A stretch of 30,104 bases of DNA from a virus (taxonomy: Duplodnaviria; Caudoviricetes), in the IMG/VR virus record IMGVR_UViG_3300037048_000168, positions 1 to 30,104 of that record, one strand, 5' to 3'. The translations under genes and the position numbers were made by a program. Under the pieces are notes generated by a model. That model was not told the origin of the DNA. It saw only the letters and a list, made by a program, of their open reading frames with translations, and did no database searches. Positions 1 through 7,787 of the stretch are shown in pieces. Each line of letters starts with the position of its first letter. The stretch's first letter is position 1.

Positions 1-122
1 TCCGCCAGGGCGTTGAGCAACGCCCCCAGGGCCAGGGCCGCAATGATGAAGGTGACGAGGCTGCTTATGGGGCCGGGGTCGGCCTCCAGGTAGCGCCAGG
101 CGCGGGTTATGATTCGGCGCAT
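1..122 (-). CDS. Small membrane protein, truncated by the window edge
   Basis: ATG at 122 with AGGAG upstream; reads MRRIITRAWRYLEADPGPISSLVTFIIAALALGALLNALA (hydrophobic stretch). Confidence 0.55.
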   Translation of the reverse strand, partial: MRRIITRAWRYLEADPGPISSLVTFIIAALALGALLNALA

Positions 123-334
123 GGGGGTTTCTCCTTTTTTTTAAGGACCACAGGCTGGAAGCCGGCGCCACTGGGGCCGCTACCGGTTTGTTCGAGTCCA
201 GTTGGTTCAAAGGGATCATCCGACCGCAGCATCATACCGGTGCACAGGTGGCAAACACCGGTGTGGTCGTCCAGGCCGCCGATCCGCGGGTCCCAGGTCA
301 GGCAGTCCATACAGACGTAGTTATAGAGGGGCAT
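107..334 (-). CDS. FmdB-like zinc-ribbon protein
   Basis: MPLYNYVCMDC...CHLC matches the MPxYxYxCxxC...CxxC pattern. Confidence 0.7.
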   Translation of the reverse strand: MPLYNYVCMDCLTWDPRIGGLDDHTGVCHLCTGMMLRSDDPFEPTGLEQTGSGPSGAGFQPVVLKKKEKPPCAES

Positions 335-336
335 CA

Positions 337-501
337 TCAAAAACCTTTATTCTCGATCTTTTCGATTAATCGGCGCCAGCGGATTTGCTCCTGTTCCTGG
401 GTTTCTTCCTGGCGGGAGCCTTTGGAGGCCATGTCCAGGAGAGACCAGAGTGCTGTGGCCAGGAGAAAACCGACGATAATGCCGAAGATGAAGGCCAGCA
501 T
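337..501 (-). CDS. Small single-TM hypothetical protein (54 aa)
   Basis: MLAFIFGIIVGFLLATALWSLL followed by a charged tail; start coupled to the upstream stop at 501. Confidence 0.6.
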   Translation of the reverse strand: MLAFIFGIIVGFLLATALWSLLDMASKGSRQEETQEQEQIRWRRLIEKIENKGF

Positions 502-698
502 CAGGAGGTCCTTTTTATTAGTTGGGAGGCCGGTGTCACCGGGGCCAAGTAGTGGCCGCCCAGGGCGCGGGCGATGAATCGAGCCCGGCGGCCATCCAGT
601 TCCATTTTCAGGGCGGTGCGGATCTCCAGCACCCGGCGGCGCAGGCCGGTCCAGGTGGTGGACATTACATAATAGCGGGTGCGGTGAGGGGTTGCCAT
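501..698 (-). CDS. Hypothetical protein (65 aa)
   Basis: ATG at 698 preceded by GGAGG; MATPHRTRYYVM... Confidence 0.55.
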   Translation of the reverse strand: MATPHRTRYYVMSTTWTGLRRRVLEIRTALKMELDGRRARFIARALGGHYLAPVTPASQLIKRTS

Positions 699-786
699 GA
701 TGTGTTCCTCCGTTAGCCTGGGCAACTTGGCGAGAGAAAGAGAACCAAGTTTCTCGCCAAGACGCCAAGGCGCAAAGGGGATCAGA

Positions 787-915
787 TCAGTCCTGGTCGG
801 CTTCGGCCAGGTCGGCGAGATAGGCTTGCTGCTCCAGGGCCGGCCAGAGCGTGGCGTCATGGCCGGCGGTGATCAGGCCGATGGTCAGCAGCAGGAGCGT
901 CAGCATAAGTTTCAT
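787..915 (-). CDS. Small hypothetical protein with hydrophobic N-terminus (42 aa)
   Basis: MKLMLTLLLLTIGLITAGHD...; ATGA overlap with the upstream gene; not in the supplied ORF track. Confidence 0.45.
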   Translation of the reverse strand: MKLMLTLLLLTIGLITAGHDATLWPALEQQAYLADLAEADQD

Positions 916-1166
916 GCGGCAGCCTCGGGGGCTTGTGGCAGGTCCGGGACCTGCTTTTTGGGCCAGCTTTCCATGCGGACGGCCTGGCGGCGGGCGGCCA
1001 TGACCATTTCGGGGGCGGCGCCGTGTCTTTCGGCGAGGTCGGCCCAGACCCGGACGGTGTCAGCAGCCACCTGGTCCTGAGCCCGGAGGATAAAGACCGG
1101 CTCATCTTCGGGGATGAGGCCGGCGGGGTCCTGGATACGGTCGTAATCGGGACGGGAATGTTTCAT
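912..1166 (-). CDS. Phage hypothetical protein (DEPVFILRAQD motif)
   Basis: GGAGG RBS; first gene after the leftward promoter; the DEPxFxLRAQD motif recurs in small phage proteins. Confidence 0.75.
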   Translation of the reverse strand: MKHSRPDYDRIQDPAGLIPEDEPVFILRAQDQVAADTVRVWADLAERHGAAPEMVMAARRQAVRMESWPKKQVPDLPQAPEAAA

Positions 1167-1236
1167 GGGTTCCTCCGTGAGACCCCGGTCCGCCGGGGGC
1201 CGGGGCCTCGGTTAGAGTTTGATGATTCTGAAAAGG

Positions 1237-1265
1237 ATAATACGAGCGAGTATGAAGTTTGTCAA
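1237..1265 (-). promoter_or_regulatory. PL-like sigma70 promoter
   Basis: Minus strand TTGACA (1265-1260), 17-nt spacer, TATTAT (1242-1237). Confidence 0.8.
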
Positions 1266-1289
1266 GAAAAAAATACGCTATCGTATTTT
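1240..1289. promoter_or_regulatory. Two repressor operators (OL-like), consensus ATACG-N4-CGTAT
   Basis: ATACG-agcg-AGTAT at 1240-1253 inside the promoter, and perfect AAAATACG-ctat-CGTATTTT at 1270-1289. Confidence 0.75.
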
Positions 1290-1337
1290 ATTAGTTATTG
1301 ATTGGATAAGGGTGATTTCGGGGAAGGTGAGAAGGGT

Positions 1338-1622
1338 TTAGAAGATAGATTCGACGCCTTTGTTGGTGAGATACACGAGCAAGAAAAAGAAGGCAACATG
1401 GAGGAGGGATATTAGGACTTCCAGGAAGTAATAAAGGAGGCCACCGCCCACCAGGTCTCTGAATCCGTGGCCGTCAAACAAGGCAGATTGCAGAACAAAG
1501 AAGCAGGTCCCCAGATAGAAAAAGATGAACAGTAAGAGGACCCCGACGTAAAAAGGCGGGGCGTTGGGGTGCCGGTTTTTACCCCTCAACCAGGGCGGTA
1601 AGGACCATGAGGGCTTTAACAT
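1338..1622 (-). CDS. Putative small 2-TM membrane protein downstream of the repressor (start uncertain)
   Basis: Two strongly hydrophobic segments; fills the gap between the repressor and PL; 5' end overlaps the repressor 3' end. Confidence 0.4.
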   Translation of the reverse strand: MLKPSWSLPPWLRGKNRHPNAPPFYVGVLLLFIFFYLGTCFFVLQSALFDGHGFRDLVGGGLLYYFLEVLISLLHVAFFFLLVYLTNKGVESIF

Positions 1623-2067
1623 CTAATTCCTCGGGCTTAAAATTGTCGGTGACGCATTGCTCATATCCAAGAGCGATGATTTTGCCGAATCGTTTCGGTC
1701 CAATCCGTAAGCGATGGCCGGACAGGTAGGTTTGCACCACCGAACTCACCCTGGCGATATTTTCAGTATCAACTGGCAGGGGTTGGCGGCTTTCATAGGC
1801 ACCCTCCTGAAACTCTTGTAAAACTAAAGGCCCATGGCCGAATATCAGCCAATCAAGGGATTTGTGGAATTGTCTGGCGATCTTTACCGCCGTGTCCATG
1901 ACAATGGTTTTAGTCACCCCGGACCGCCAGCGGTACATCTGGTTATCAAAACCCAGCAGCCGGTCAAATTCCCGGTCGTCCTTTCCGGGGACCAGACGGT
2001 TTTCTTCCATAATCTTATCTAATTGTCCTAAAAATGTCTCCATAGAAAAAATATTGCCCGTACTCAT
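1579..2067 (-). CDS. CI-like XRE-family repressor without a C-terminal S24 peptidase
   Basis: HTH with ...MYRWRSG...KIARQFHKSLDWLIFGHG; divergent from a Cro-like gene and flanked by operators. Confidence 0.8.
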   Translation of the reverse strand: MSTGNIFSMETFLGQLDKIMEENRLVPGKDDREFDRLLGFDNQMYRWRSGVTKTIVMDTAVKIARQFHKSLDWLIFGHGPLVLQEFQEGAYESRQPLPVDTENIARVSSVVQTYLSGHRLRIGPKRFGKIIALGYEQCVTDNFKPEELDVKALMVLTALVEG

Positions 2068-2080
2068 GGGTATTTTTCCC

Positions 2081-2111
2081 TTGACAATAATATACGAGTG
2101 CGTATTATGCT
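2081..2111 (+). promoter_or_regulatory. PR-like promoter with overlapping operator
   Basis: TTGACA at 2081-2086; TATTAT at 2103-2108 (or TATGCT at 2106-2111); ATACG-agtg-CGTAT at 2092-2105. Confidence 0.8.
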
Positions 2112-2243
2112 GTTTTTAGAAAGGGGCGCGAGACGAAACGCGGCCCGGCGCCCCCGGGGAAGGTTTGAACTTGACGGGTCCGGCCTTCTCCGAGGGTTTT
2201 CCATGATACCGCGAAGGAATAGTTTTTTACAAGGGAGAATCAT

Positions 2244-2468
2244 ATGACGGTTAACGTCGAACAGGAGCAGCGCATCAAGCGGCTGCTGGCCATACGCCAG
2301 CCACGGGAGAATATGACGATCTTGGCCCGGAACCTTGGCCTGCCCTATGGCACGGTAGCATCCCATGTCTATGGATACCGGAGCAATCCAGAGGTGCAGG
2401 AGAAAATTGCGGCATATCTGGGCCAGGAGAAAGCAGAGCTTTTCGAGGGAAACGGGCATGAATTATAG
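2244..2468 (+). CDS. Cro/Ner-like HTH regulator
   Basis: 74 aa; LARNLGLPYGTVASHVYGYRSNPEVQEKIAAYLG; GGGAG RBS; first rightward gene. Confidence 0.8.
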   Translation: MTVNVEQEQRIKRLLAIRQPRENMTILARNLGLPYGTVASHVYGYRSNPEVQEKIAAYLGQEKAELFEGNGHEL

Positions 2469-2643
2469 GATAATCGCCGTTCTCCCGGAGAATCTACCAA
2501 AAATAAAACCCTGTAATTTCGCAGAGTTTTATTTTTTTTGGCCTGGTTTTTGGTAAAAGATGGCTTGTTTTACCAAGGATAATTAAAAAGCATAGTTAAA
2601 ATACATAGTTAATGCTTTGGCAAAAGACAAAGAGGTTTTGGCA

Positions 2644-3009
2644 ATGACGGAAAATATTTTTTGGGGAGATTGGGTTTCCGATCTCATGGCGGACCTGCTG
2701 TTGCGGCAGGACGTGGAGGAGCTGGCCAAGGTCCTGGGCAAGGCCCCGAACACGGTTTCCTGCTGGACGTACAAAAGCAAGTCGCTGGCCATGCCCACCA
2801 CCGAGCAGTTGATCAAGACGCTGGAGTTCGTCAACCGGACCCGGCCCGAGGCGGTGAGCCGGTTTTTGAAGGATTTCTGCGCCCGGTTCGGGGTGGTGGC
2901 GGGGAGCCGCGGGGAGGTGCTGCGGCAGATTGCCGGGGAGGTGGAAGGCAGGGGGCAGGGGCCAGGGGCCAGGGGCCAGGAAAGTCCGGCCAAGGTGAGA
3001 TTTCCATGA
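2644..3009 (+). CDS. CII-like HTH regulator
   Basis: VEELAKVLGKAPNTVSCW HTH; position after Cro; the ending ...DFCARFGVV resembles CII-family proteins. Confidence 0.6.
   Translation: MTENIFWGDWVSDLMADLLLRQDVEELAKVLGKAPNTVSCWTYKSKSLAMPTTEQLIKTLEFVNRTRPEAVSRFLKDFCARFGVVAGSRGEVLRQIAGEVEGRGQGPGARGQESPAKVRFP
2949..2980 (+). repeat. Heptamer tandem repeat (CAGGGGC/G) x4.5
   Basis: CAGGGGG CAGGGGC CAGGGGC CAGGGGC CAGG. Confidence 0.85.
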
Positions 3010-3143
3010 GGCCCAAGGATGGTACCGGGGTGATGGACATGGTTGTGGTGATCCTGTCGCCGTTGATTGCGGCGGGGCTGGTGGTGGTTTATCTGCTGGG
3101 CTGCTGGGCTGGGGGGGTGTGGCGATGGGTGCGCGGGAGATAA
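3006..3143 (+). CDS. Small membrane protein (45 aa)
   Basis: ATGA overlap with the upstream gene; hydrophobic VVVILSPLIAAGLVVVYLLG. Confidence 0.45.
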   Translation: MRPKDGTGVMDMVVVILSPLIAAGLVVVYLLGCWAGGVWRWVRGR

Positions 3144-3325
3144 GGAGTGCAGGCGGGGACGCCTGCACCACGGAATCAATCATAAACTTCGCGGTGGAAC
3201 GGGCTATCAGGAACCATCCGGATCAGACGGCCAGGGAGATGGTGAATTTGATCCGGGAGAATGCCCGGCTGGAGGGGGAGTTGTTTTGCCTGAGGGAGAA
3301 GTTGCGGGAGTTGGCGCAGCCATGA
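3125..3325 (+). CDS. Hypothetical coiled-coil protein
   Basis: LIRENARLEGELFCLREKLRELA heptad pattern; stop overlaps the next ATG. Confidence 0.5.
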   Translation: MGAREIRSAGGDACTTESIINFAVERAIRNHPDQTAREMVNLIRENARLEGELFCLREKLRELAQP

Positions 3326-3777
3326 CGCCCGATGAGGTGTTGGCGGGGCCGGAGTATTTCGATTGCGGGCCGATGAAGGCCCGGATCAGCGCCCGGGCCT
3401 GTCTGATGAATCAGGGAAAGGCGAAAGGGCTCTCTGCGTTCGCGAAGAGTTTTTTTTGCCAGGAGGCCTGCTGCCTGACCTGCGATCTGGGGAAGAAGAT
3501 GCGGGCTTACCCGCCGGGGGTGTTTCTGCTTCCCGGCCCTGAAGCCGCACCGGCCAAGGCCAAATCCCCCCTAACCCCCCTTTACAAAGGGGGGGAGGAA
3601 GAAACCGAAAACCTTGCAGGCGGGACGCTTGCATTACCAAATAAGGGGCAAGATGTAACCATACCGTTAACGCCTGCGCCACCAAGGCCGCCACGTCGGA
3701 AAAAGCTGCCGGCCCGGCTCAAGAATAGCTCGGCGGCGGTACAGCGGGATTATTGGAAAGAAAAGGGGGCATTATGA
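3322..3777 (+). CDS. Cys-rich hypothetical protein
   Basis: MTPDEV...FDCGPMKARISARAC...CLTCDLG; ATGA coupling at both ends. Confidence 0.65.
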   Translation: MTPDEVLAGPEYFDCGPMKARISARACLMNQGKAKGLSAFAKSFFCQEACCLTCDLGKKMRAYPPGVFLLPGPEAAPAKAKSPLTPLYKGGEEETENLAGGTLALPNKGQDVTIPLTPAPPRPPRRKKLPARLKNSSAAVQRDYWKEKGAL

Positions 3778-3986
3778 CAGACCGCCAGCGGGAGCAAGGG
3801 GTGGTGAAGTGGTTTGACGCCAAGAAAGGGATTGGTTTTATTCAGCGGCCGGGGGCGCCGGATGTGTTCGTGCATTTTGTCCAGATCATTTCGGCGATTC
3901 GCAGTTTGGAGAAGGGCGAGGCCGTGGAGTTCGGCGTGAAAACAGGGGCAAAAGGACCGGCAGCGGTCGATGTGGTGAGGTTGTAA
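3774..3986 (+). CDS. csp: Cold-shock domain protein (CspA family)
   Basis: GVVKWFDAKKGIGFI (RNP1), DVFVHF (RNP2), GKGPAA-type C-terminus; 70 aa. Confidence 0.95.
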   Translation: MTDRQREQGVVKWFDAKKGIGFIQRPGAPDVFVHFVQIISAIRSLEKGEAVEFGVKTGAKGPAAVDVVRL

Positions 3987-3989
3987 AAG

Positions 3990-4895
3990 GTGCGATCGAG
4001 AAATATTAAGCCGGGGTTTTTTGTCAACGAAGACTTGGCGGAAATTGACCCGGTAGGACGGCTACTTTTTATCGGCCTTTGGTGTTTGGCTGACCGCGAC
4101 GGCAAATTGGAAGACCGGCCCAAACGGATCAAGGGAGAATTATTCCGTTTTGATAATATTTCGGTCGGAGAGATCGATGGGTTTTTGGATAAATTAGCTT
4201 CATTAAAAATGTTGATCAGATATGAGGTTGATGACAATAAATATATAAAAATAATCAATTTTTCGAAACATCAAAAGCCGCATTATGCTGAAAAACCTTC
4301 CATCATCCCCGGTAATTGTACGGAAAAACCTTCCATCATCCCCGGTAATTGTACGGAAAAACCTTCCATCATCCCCGGTAATTGTACGGAAAAACCTTCC
4401 ATCATCCCCGGTAATTGTACGGAAAAACCGGGCATCAAGGGGGGGGTAAAACCACCTGATTCTCTGATTGCTGATTCTCTGAATAAAACCCCCCCTACCC
4501 CCCCGGCGGGGGGGAATGGGTGTGATCCGGATTTTTTGGTTTGGTGGGAAGAGGCGCCGCCTCAGATGCGCAAGGACCAGGAGGCGGCTAAGCGGGAATG
4601 GAGGCGGCAGAAGCGCCGGGGCAAGCTGCCGCCTCTGCCGGTTATGCTGGCGACGCTGCGGGCGCAGAAAGGCTCGGAAGCCTGGCAGAAGGAGGAGGGC
4701 CGGTTCATCCCCCTGCCGGAAAATTATCTGGCCAAGGGCCGATGGCAGGATGAGTCGGTGCAGATCCGGGAGCCGACGCCGGGATGCAGGGAGTGCCGGG
4801 GCTCGGGATACCGCCGGGCCAGGCCGGGAGAGGCGGCGGTGGGCGGGCAGGTCAGGTGCGGGTGCAAGGCGGAGGCGGAGGTGCGGGGACCTTGA
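3990..4895 (+). CDS. Phage replication initiator / replisome organiser
   Basis: RSRNIKPGFF...RLLFIGLWCLADRDG N-terminal domain, internal repeats, FIPLPENYLAKGRWQDE domain and a terminal CxxC...CxC. Confidence 0.85.
   Translation: MRSRNIKPGFFVNEDLAEIDPVGRLLFIGLWCLADRDGKLEDRPKRIKGELFRFDNISVGEIDGFLDKLASLKMLIRYEVDDNKYIKIINFSKHQKPHYAEKPSIIPGNCTEKPSIIPGNCTEKPSIIPGNCTEKPSIIPGNCTEKPGIKGGVKPPDSLIADSLNKTPPTPPAGGNGCDPDFLVWWEEAPPQMRKDQEAAKREWRRQKRRGKLPPLPVMLATLRAQKGSEAWQKEEGRFIPLPENYLAKGRWQDESVQIREPTPGCRECRGSGYRRARPGEAAVGGQVRCGCKAEAEVRGP
4290..4429 (+). repeat. Four perfect 33-bp tandem repeats (probable iterons / origin)
   Basis: GAAAAACCTTCCATCATCCCCGGTAATTGTACG x4 plus a partial copy; encodes (EKPSIIPGNCT)4. 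Confidence 0.9.
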
Positions 4896-5098
4896 AAGTT
4901 CGGAGCGTGTGGCCCGGGGGGATGGTGGAGTTGCCTGATTACCGGCTGGAGGGGGATCAGGTGGTGCTTTTAAGGAGTGCAGGCGGGGACGCCCGCACCA
5001 CCAGGGTCGCCTGCCCCACTCCGCCACTGGAGGGATTGAGGGCGGTGGCGCTGGGGTTGGCCGCGGCCTGGGATAGGCAAAAAGCAGGGCAACGGTAG
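4892..5098 (+). CDS. Hypothetical protein
   Basis: TTG start overlapping the stop of the initiator gene; fills the gap. Confidence 0.45.
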   Translation: MKVRSVWPGGMVELPDYRLEGDQVVLLRSAGGDARTTRVACPTPPLEGLRAVALGLAAAWDRQKAGQR

Positions 5099-5115
5099 GG
5101 AAACATAGGAATGGT

Positions 5116-5292
5116 ATGGTTCAGGAGCTAAACGGCGAGAAATATTTCACCATCCAGGAGGCGGCGGCGATGTTGCGCCGGCATCCCAAGACGGTTTGGC
5201 GCTGGACCCTGGAAGGCAAGATCACGTTTCACCAGCCGTCAGTGGGCTGTAAGATTCTCATCCCCGAACAAGCCCTCAAACAGCGGCTCTAA
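5116..5292 (+). CDS. Excisionase-like (HTH_17 / MerR-type) DNA-binding protein, 58 aa
   Basis: Translated by hand: MVQELNGEKYFTIQEAAAMLRRHPKTVWRWTLEGKITFHQPSVGCKILIPEQALKQRL; not in the ORF track. Confidence 0.85.
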   Translation: MVQELNGEKYFTIQEAAAMLRRHPKTVWRWTLEGKITFHQPSVGCKILIPEQALKQRL

Positions 5293-5391
5293 AACTTTTT
5301 ATTTTAGCATCTTTGGACATCCTTGGACAGACAAAGGTGCTTTTTTGTGAAACAGTAAGGGAAACCGAGTGTTTCTTGGGAAATATTGGAT

Positions 5392-6033
5392 ATGCCCCCG
5401 GAACGGAAGTTTTCAGACCAGGAGTTGGCGGCGAAGCTGCAAGAGGGCAAGAGCCTGACCTTGATTGCGGCGGAGTTGCGCGTCTCCAAAGGGACTGTGT
5501 GCAAGCGCCGCCAGAAGCTGCGGGCCTGCATCGTCAGCACCGCCACCATGCACCACGCCGGGGAGATGGTGCGCCAGCAGATCGACGCCAACCAGCAGCT
5601 TTTGAAGATCTCCGCCTCGGCGAATATCTGGCTTGACCGTCTGGAGTCCATGCGGGACCGGAAGCAGGAGGAGGTTATCGCCGGGATCTGCGAGGATGTC
5701 AGGCAGTTTATCCCCGGGGTCAAGGGCGAGGCTATTGCCGCTCAGTTGCGGAGCCTGGTGCTCATCGAGAAGGATATGGTGGACCAGGTGTTGAAGTTCT
5801 TGGCGGAGATTCGCCAGCAATTGCGGTTCATGTTCGAGATCCACGAGAAGATGGTGGACGCCCGGGAGTTTAAGGAGTTCAAGGAAGCCTTCCTGGCGGA
5901 GATCGGTTTGGAGCGGCCTGAAACCCGGGACCGGATCGTCGCCCGGCTCCAGAAGATGCAGGCCATGAGGTCCACGGTGGGCTGGCCCGAGGCCGGCCGG
6001 TTTAATTTTGAGGGTGAGGCCCATGCAGCTTGA
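5392..6033 (+). CDS. terS: Probable terminase small subunit
   Basis: N-terminal HTH (SLTLIAAELRVSKGTVCK), helical body, overlaps the terL start. Confidence 0.7.
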   Translation: MPPERKFSDQELAAKLQEGKSLTLIAAELRVSKGTVCKRRQKLRACIVSTATMHHAGEMVRQQIDANQQLLKISASANIWLDRLESMRDRKQEEVIAGICEDVRQFIPGVKGEAIAAQLRSLVLIEKDMVDQVLKFLAEIRQQLRFMFEIHEKMVDAREFKEFKEAFLAEIGLERPETRDRIVARLQKMQAMRSTVGWPEAGRFNFEGEAHAA

Positions 6034-7342
6034 ACCCCTGGCTGGCAAGAGAATCATCAAGTTCTGGGGAGAGCTGTGGGAGGACCTGGACCAGCGCTTC
6101 CCTCAGGCCGGCGAGGGCCGGGACCGACCGGCGGAGTGCTGGGAAGACCTGAATATTCACCCAAAGCTGGATTTTCTCCGGGAGCCGCACCGGTACAAAG
6201 CAGCCTGGAGCGGGCGGGACGCTGCCAAATCATGGTCTTTTGCCCGGGCGTTGCTGTGGCTGGCAAAGCAGGAAAGGCTCCGTATCTGCTGCGGCCGTGA
6301 ATTTCAAAATAGCATCCAAGAATCAGTTCATTATCTGCTGAAAAAACAAATCGGTCTGTTAGGCTGGAATAACTTTTTTGGTGTGCAACAACAGACTATC
6401 ACCGGCCAGAACGGCTCGTATTTTTTCTTCAAGGGCATCCGCAATAACCCCGAGCAAGTTCTAAAGTCCTTAGAAGACGTGGATATATTTTGGCTGGAAG
6501 AAGGCCAGACGGCAAGCGAAGCATCCTGGCAAATATTGATTCCTACCATCCGGAAAAAAGGATCGGAGATTTGGGTCAGTTTCAACCGCAATTTGGCCAC
6601 CGATCCAACTGATAAACGGTTCATCGGGCAGCCGTTACCGGGGGCCAAGGTCCAGAGATTAAGTTGGCGGGATAACCGCTTCATGTCTGAGGAGGCCACA
6701 AAGTACAAGAATTATTTGGCTTCGGTGGACCTCGAAACCTATAACCATGTCTTTGAGGGTGAGTGCCGCATTAATGCAGCGGCGGCGATTCTGAAGGACA
6801 AGTGCGTGGTGGAATATTTCGAGCCGCAGCCTTGGTGGGACGGGCCTTACTTCGGGGCGGATTGGGGGTTTGCCCAGGACCCGACGACGCTGGTCAAGTG
6901 CTGGATCGAGGCGGCGGCTGGGGTCCGGAAGCTCTACGTCGAGGGGGAGGTGTACCGGATCGGCCTGGAGTTGGATCATACCAAAGCGGCGTTTGAGGAA
7001 ATCGACGGGGCGGGCCGGTATACTATCCGGGCGGACAACGCCAGGCCGGAAACTATCAGCTATCTCCGGCGGCAGGGGCTGAATATCGTCGGGGCCCCCA
7101 AGGGCATTGGGAGCGTCGAAGACGGGATCGCCTTTCTGCGGGGGTTTCAACAAATCGTGATTCATCCGGACTGCACCCACACCGCCGATGAAAGCCGGTT
7201 GTACAGCTATAAGGTGGACCGGCTAACCGGGGACGTGCTGCCGGTGATCGTGGACTCCCACAATCATTGCATCGACGCTCTGCGGTATGCTTTGGAGCCG
7301 GTAATCAAAGCTGGGCCGGGGGCGAGGCTGGATTGGTCGTGA
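6023..7342 (+). CDS. terL: Terminase large subunit, PBSX/SPP1 family
   Basis: GRDAAKS Walker A, CGREFQNSIQESV, FWLEEG Walker B, FGADWGF, ADNARPE and HCIDALRYA motifs. Confidence 0.95.
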   Translation: MQLEPLAGKRIIKFWGELWEDLDQRFPQAGEGRDRPAECWEDLNIHPKLDFLREPHRYKAAWSGRDAAKSWSFARALLWLAKQERLRICCGREFQNSIQESVHYLLKKQIGLLGWNNFFGVQQQTITGQNGSYFFFKGIRNNPEQVLKSLEDVDIFWLEEGQTASEASWQILIPTIRKKGSEIWVSFNRNLATDPTDKRFIGQPLPGAKVQRLSWRDNRFMSEEATKYKNYLASVDLETYNHVFEGECRINAAAAILKDKCVVEYFEPQPWWDGPYFGADWGFAQDPTTLVKCWIEAAAGVRKLYVEGEVYRIGLELDHTKAAFEEIDGAGRYTIRADNARPETISYLRRQGLNIVGAPKGIGSVEDGIAFLRGFQQIVIHPDCTHTADESRLYSYKVDRLTGDVLPVIVDSHNHCIDALRYALEPVIKAGPGARLDWS

Positions 7343-7365
7343 TTTATTCGAGGAGGAAAAGGCAA

Positions 7366-7764
7366 ATGCGAAAATTTATGGTGCTGGTGTTGATCCTGAG
7401 CCTGGGGCTGCCGTCGCTGGGATGGGCGGCGCCTTTACTGACCCCGTTTGAATTATCGCGAGATGTGCGTTCGAACAATAACACCCTGATTCCCAACGCC
7501 TCGCAGTGGGTGAACGCCCAGGTGTTGGCGGCGGGCGTGGCAGAAACCGTGACGGTGCCCACGGGGGCCAAAGTGGTGGTTTTCTCCGGCAACAATGATT
7601 TTTACGTAAATTTTTCCGGGGGGACGGCGGCAGTACCGGGCGCAGATGTGAGCGATGGAACCGCAGCAGAACTTAATCCATCCGTCCGGTATGTCTATAC
7701 GCAGGGAACTTTCAGCGTGATATCGCCCTATGCCTGTATCATTACGCTGTCATATTACAAATAG
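7366..7764 (+). CDS. Small beta-rich phage protein with predicted signal peptide
   Basis: AGGAGG RBS; MRKFMVLVLILSLGLPSLGWA-APLL; beta-strand-rich mature region. Confidence 0.8.
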   Translation: MRKFMVLVLILSLGLPSLGWAAPLLTPFELSRDVRSNNNTLIPNASQWVNAQVLAAGVAETVTVPTGAKVVVFSGNNDFYVNFSGGTAAVPGADVSDGTAAELNPSVRYVYTQGTFSVISPYACIITLSYYK

Positions 7765-7787
7765 CTGATTTGGGAGGAAAAGGGCCG

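Noticed and set aside
4290-4429. CRISPR array
   Set aside because: The 33-bp units are contiguous with no spacers and lie in frame in a gene; there are no cas genes.
4489-4515. C-run/G-run palindrome CCCCCCTACCCCCCCGGCGGGGGGG
   Set aside because: Encodes TPPTPPAGG, a usual linker in phage initiators; no independent evidence of function.
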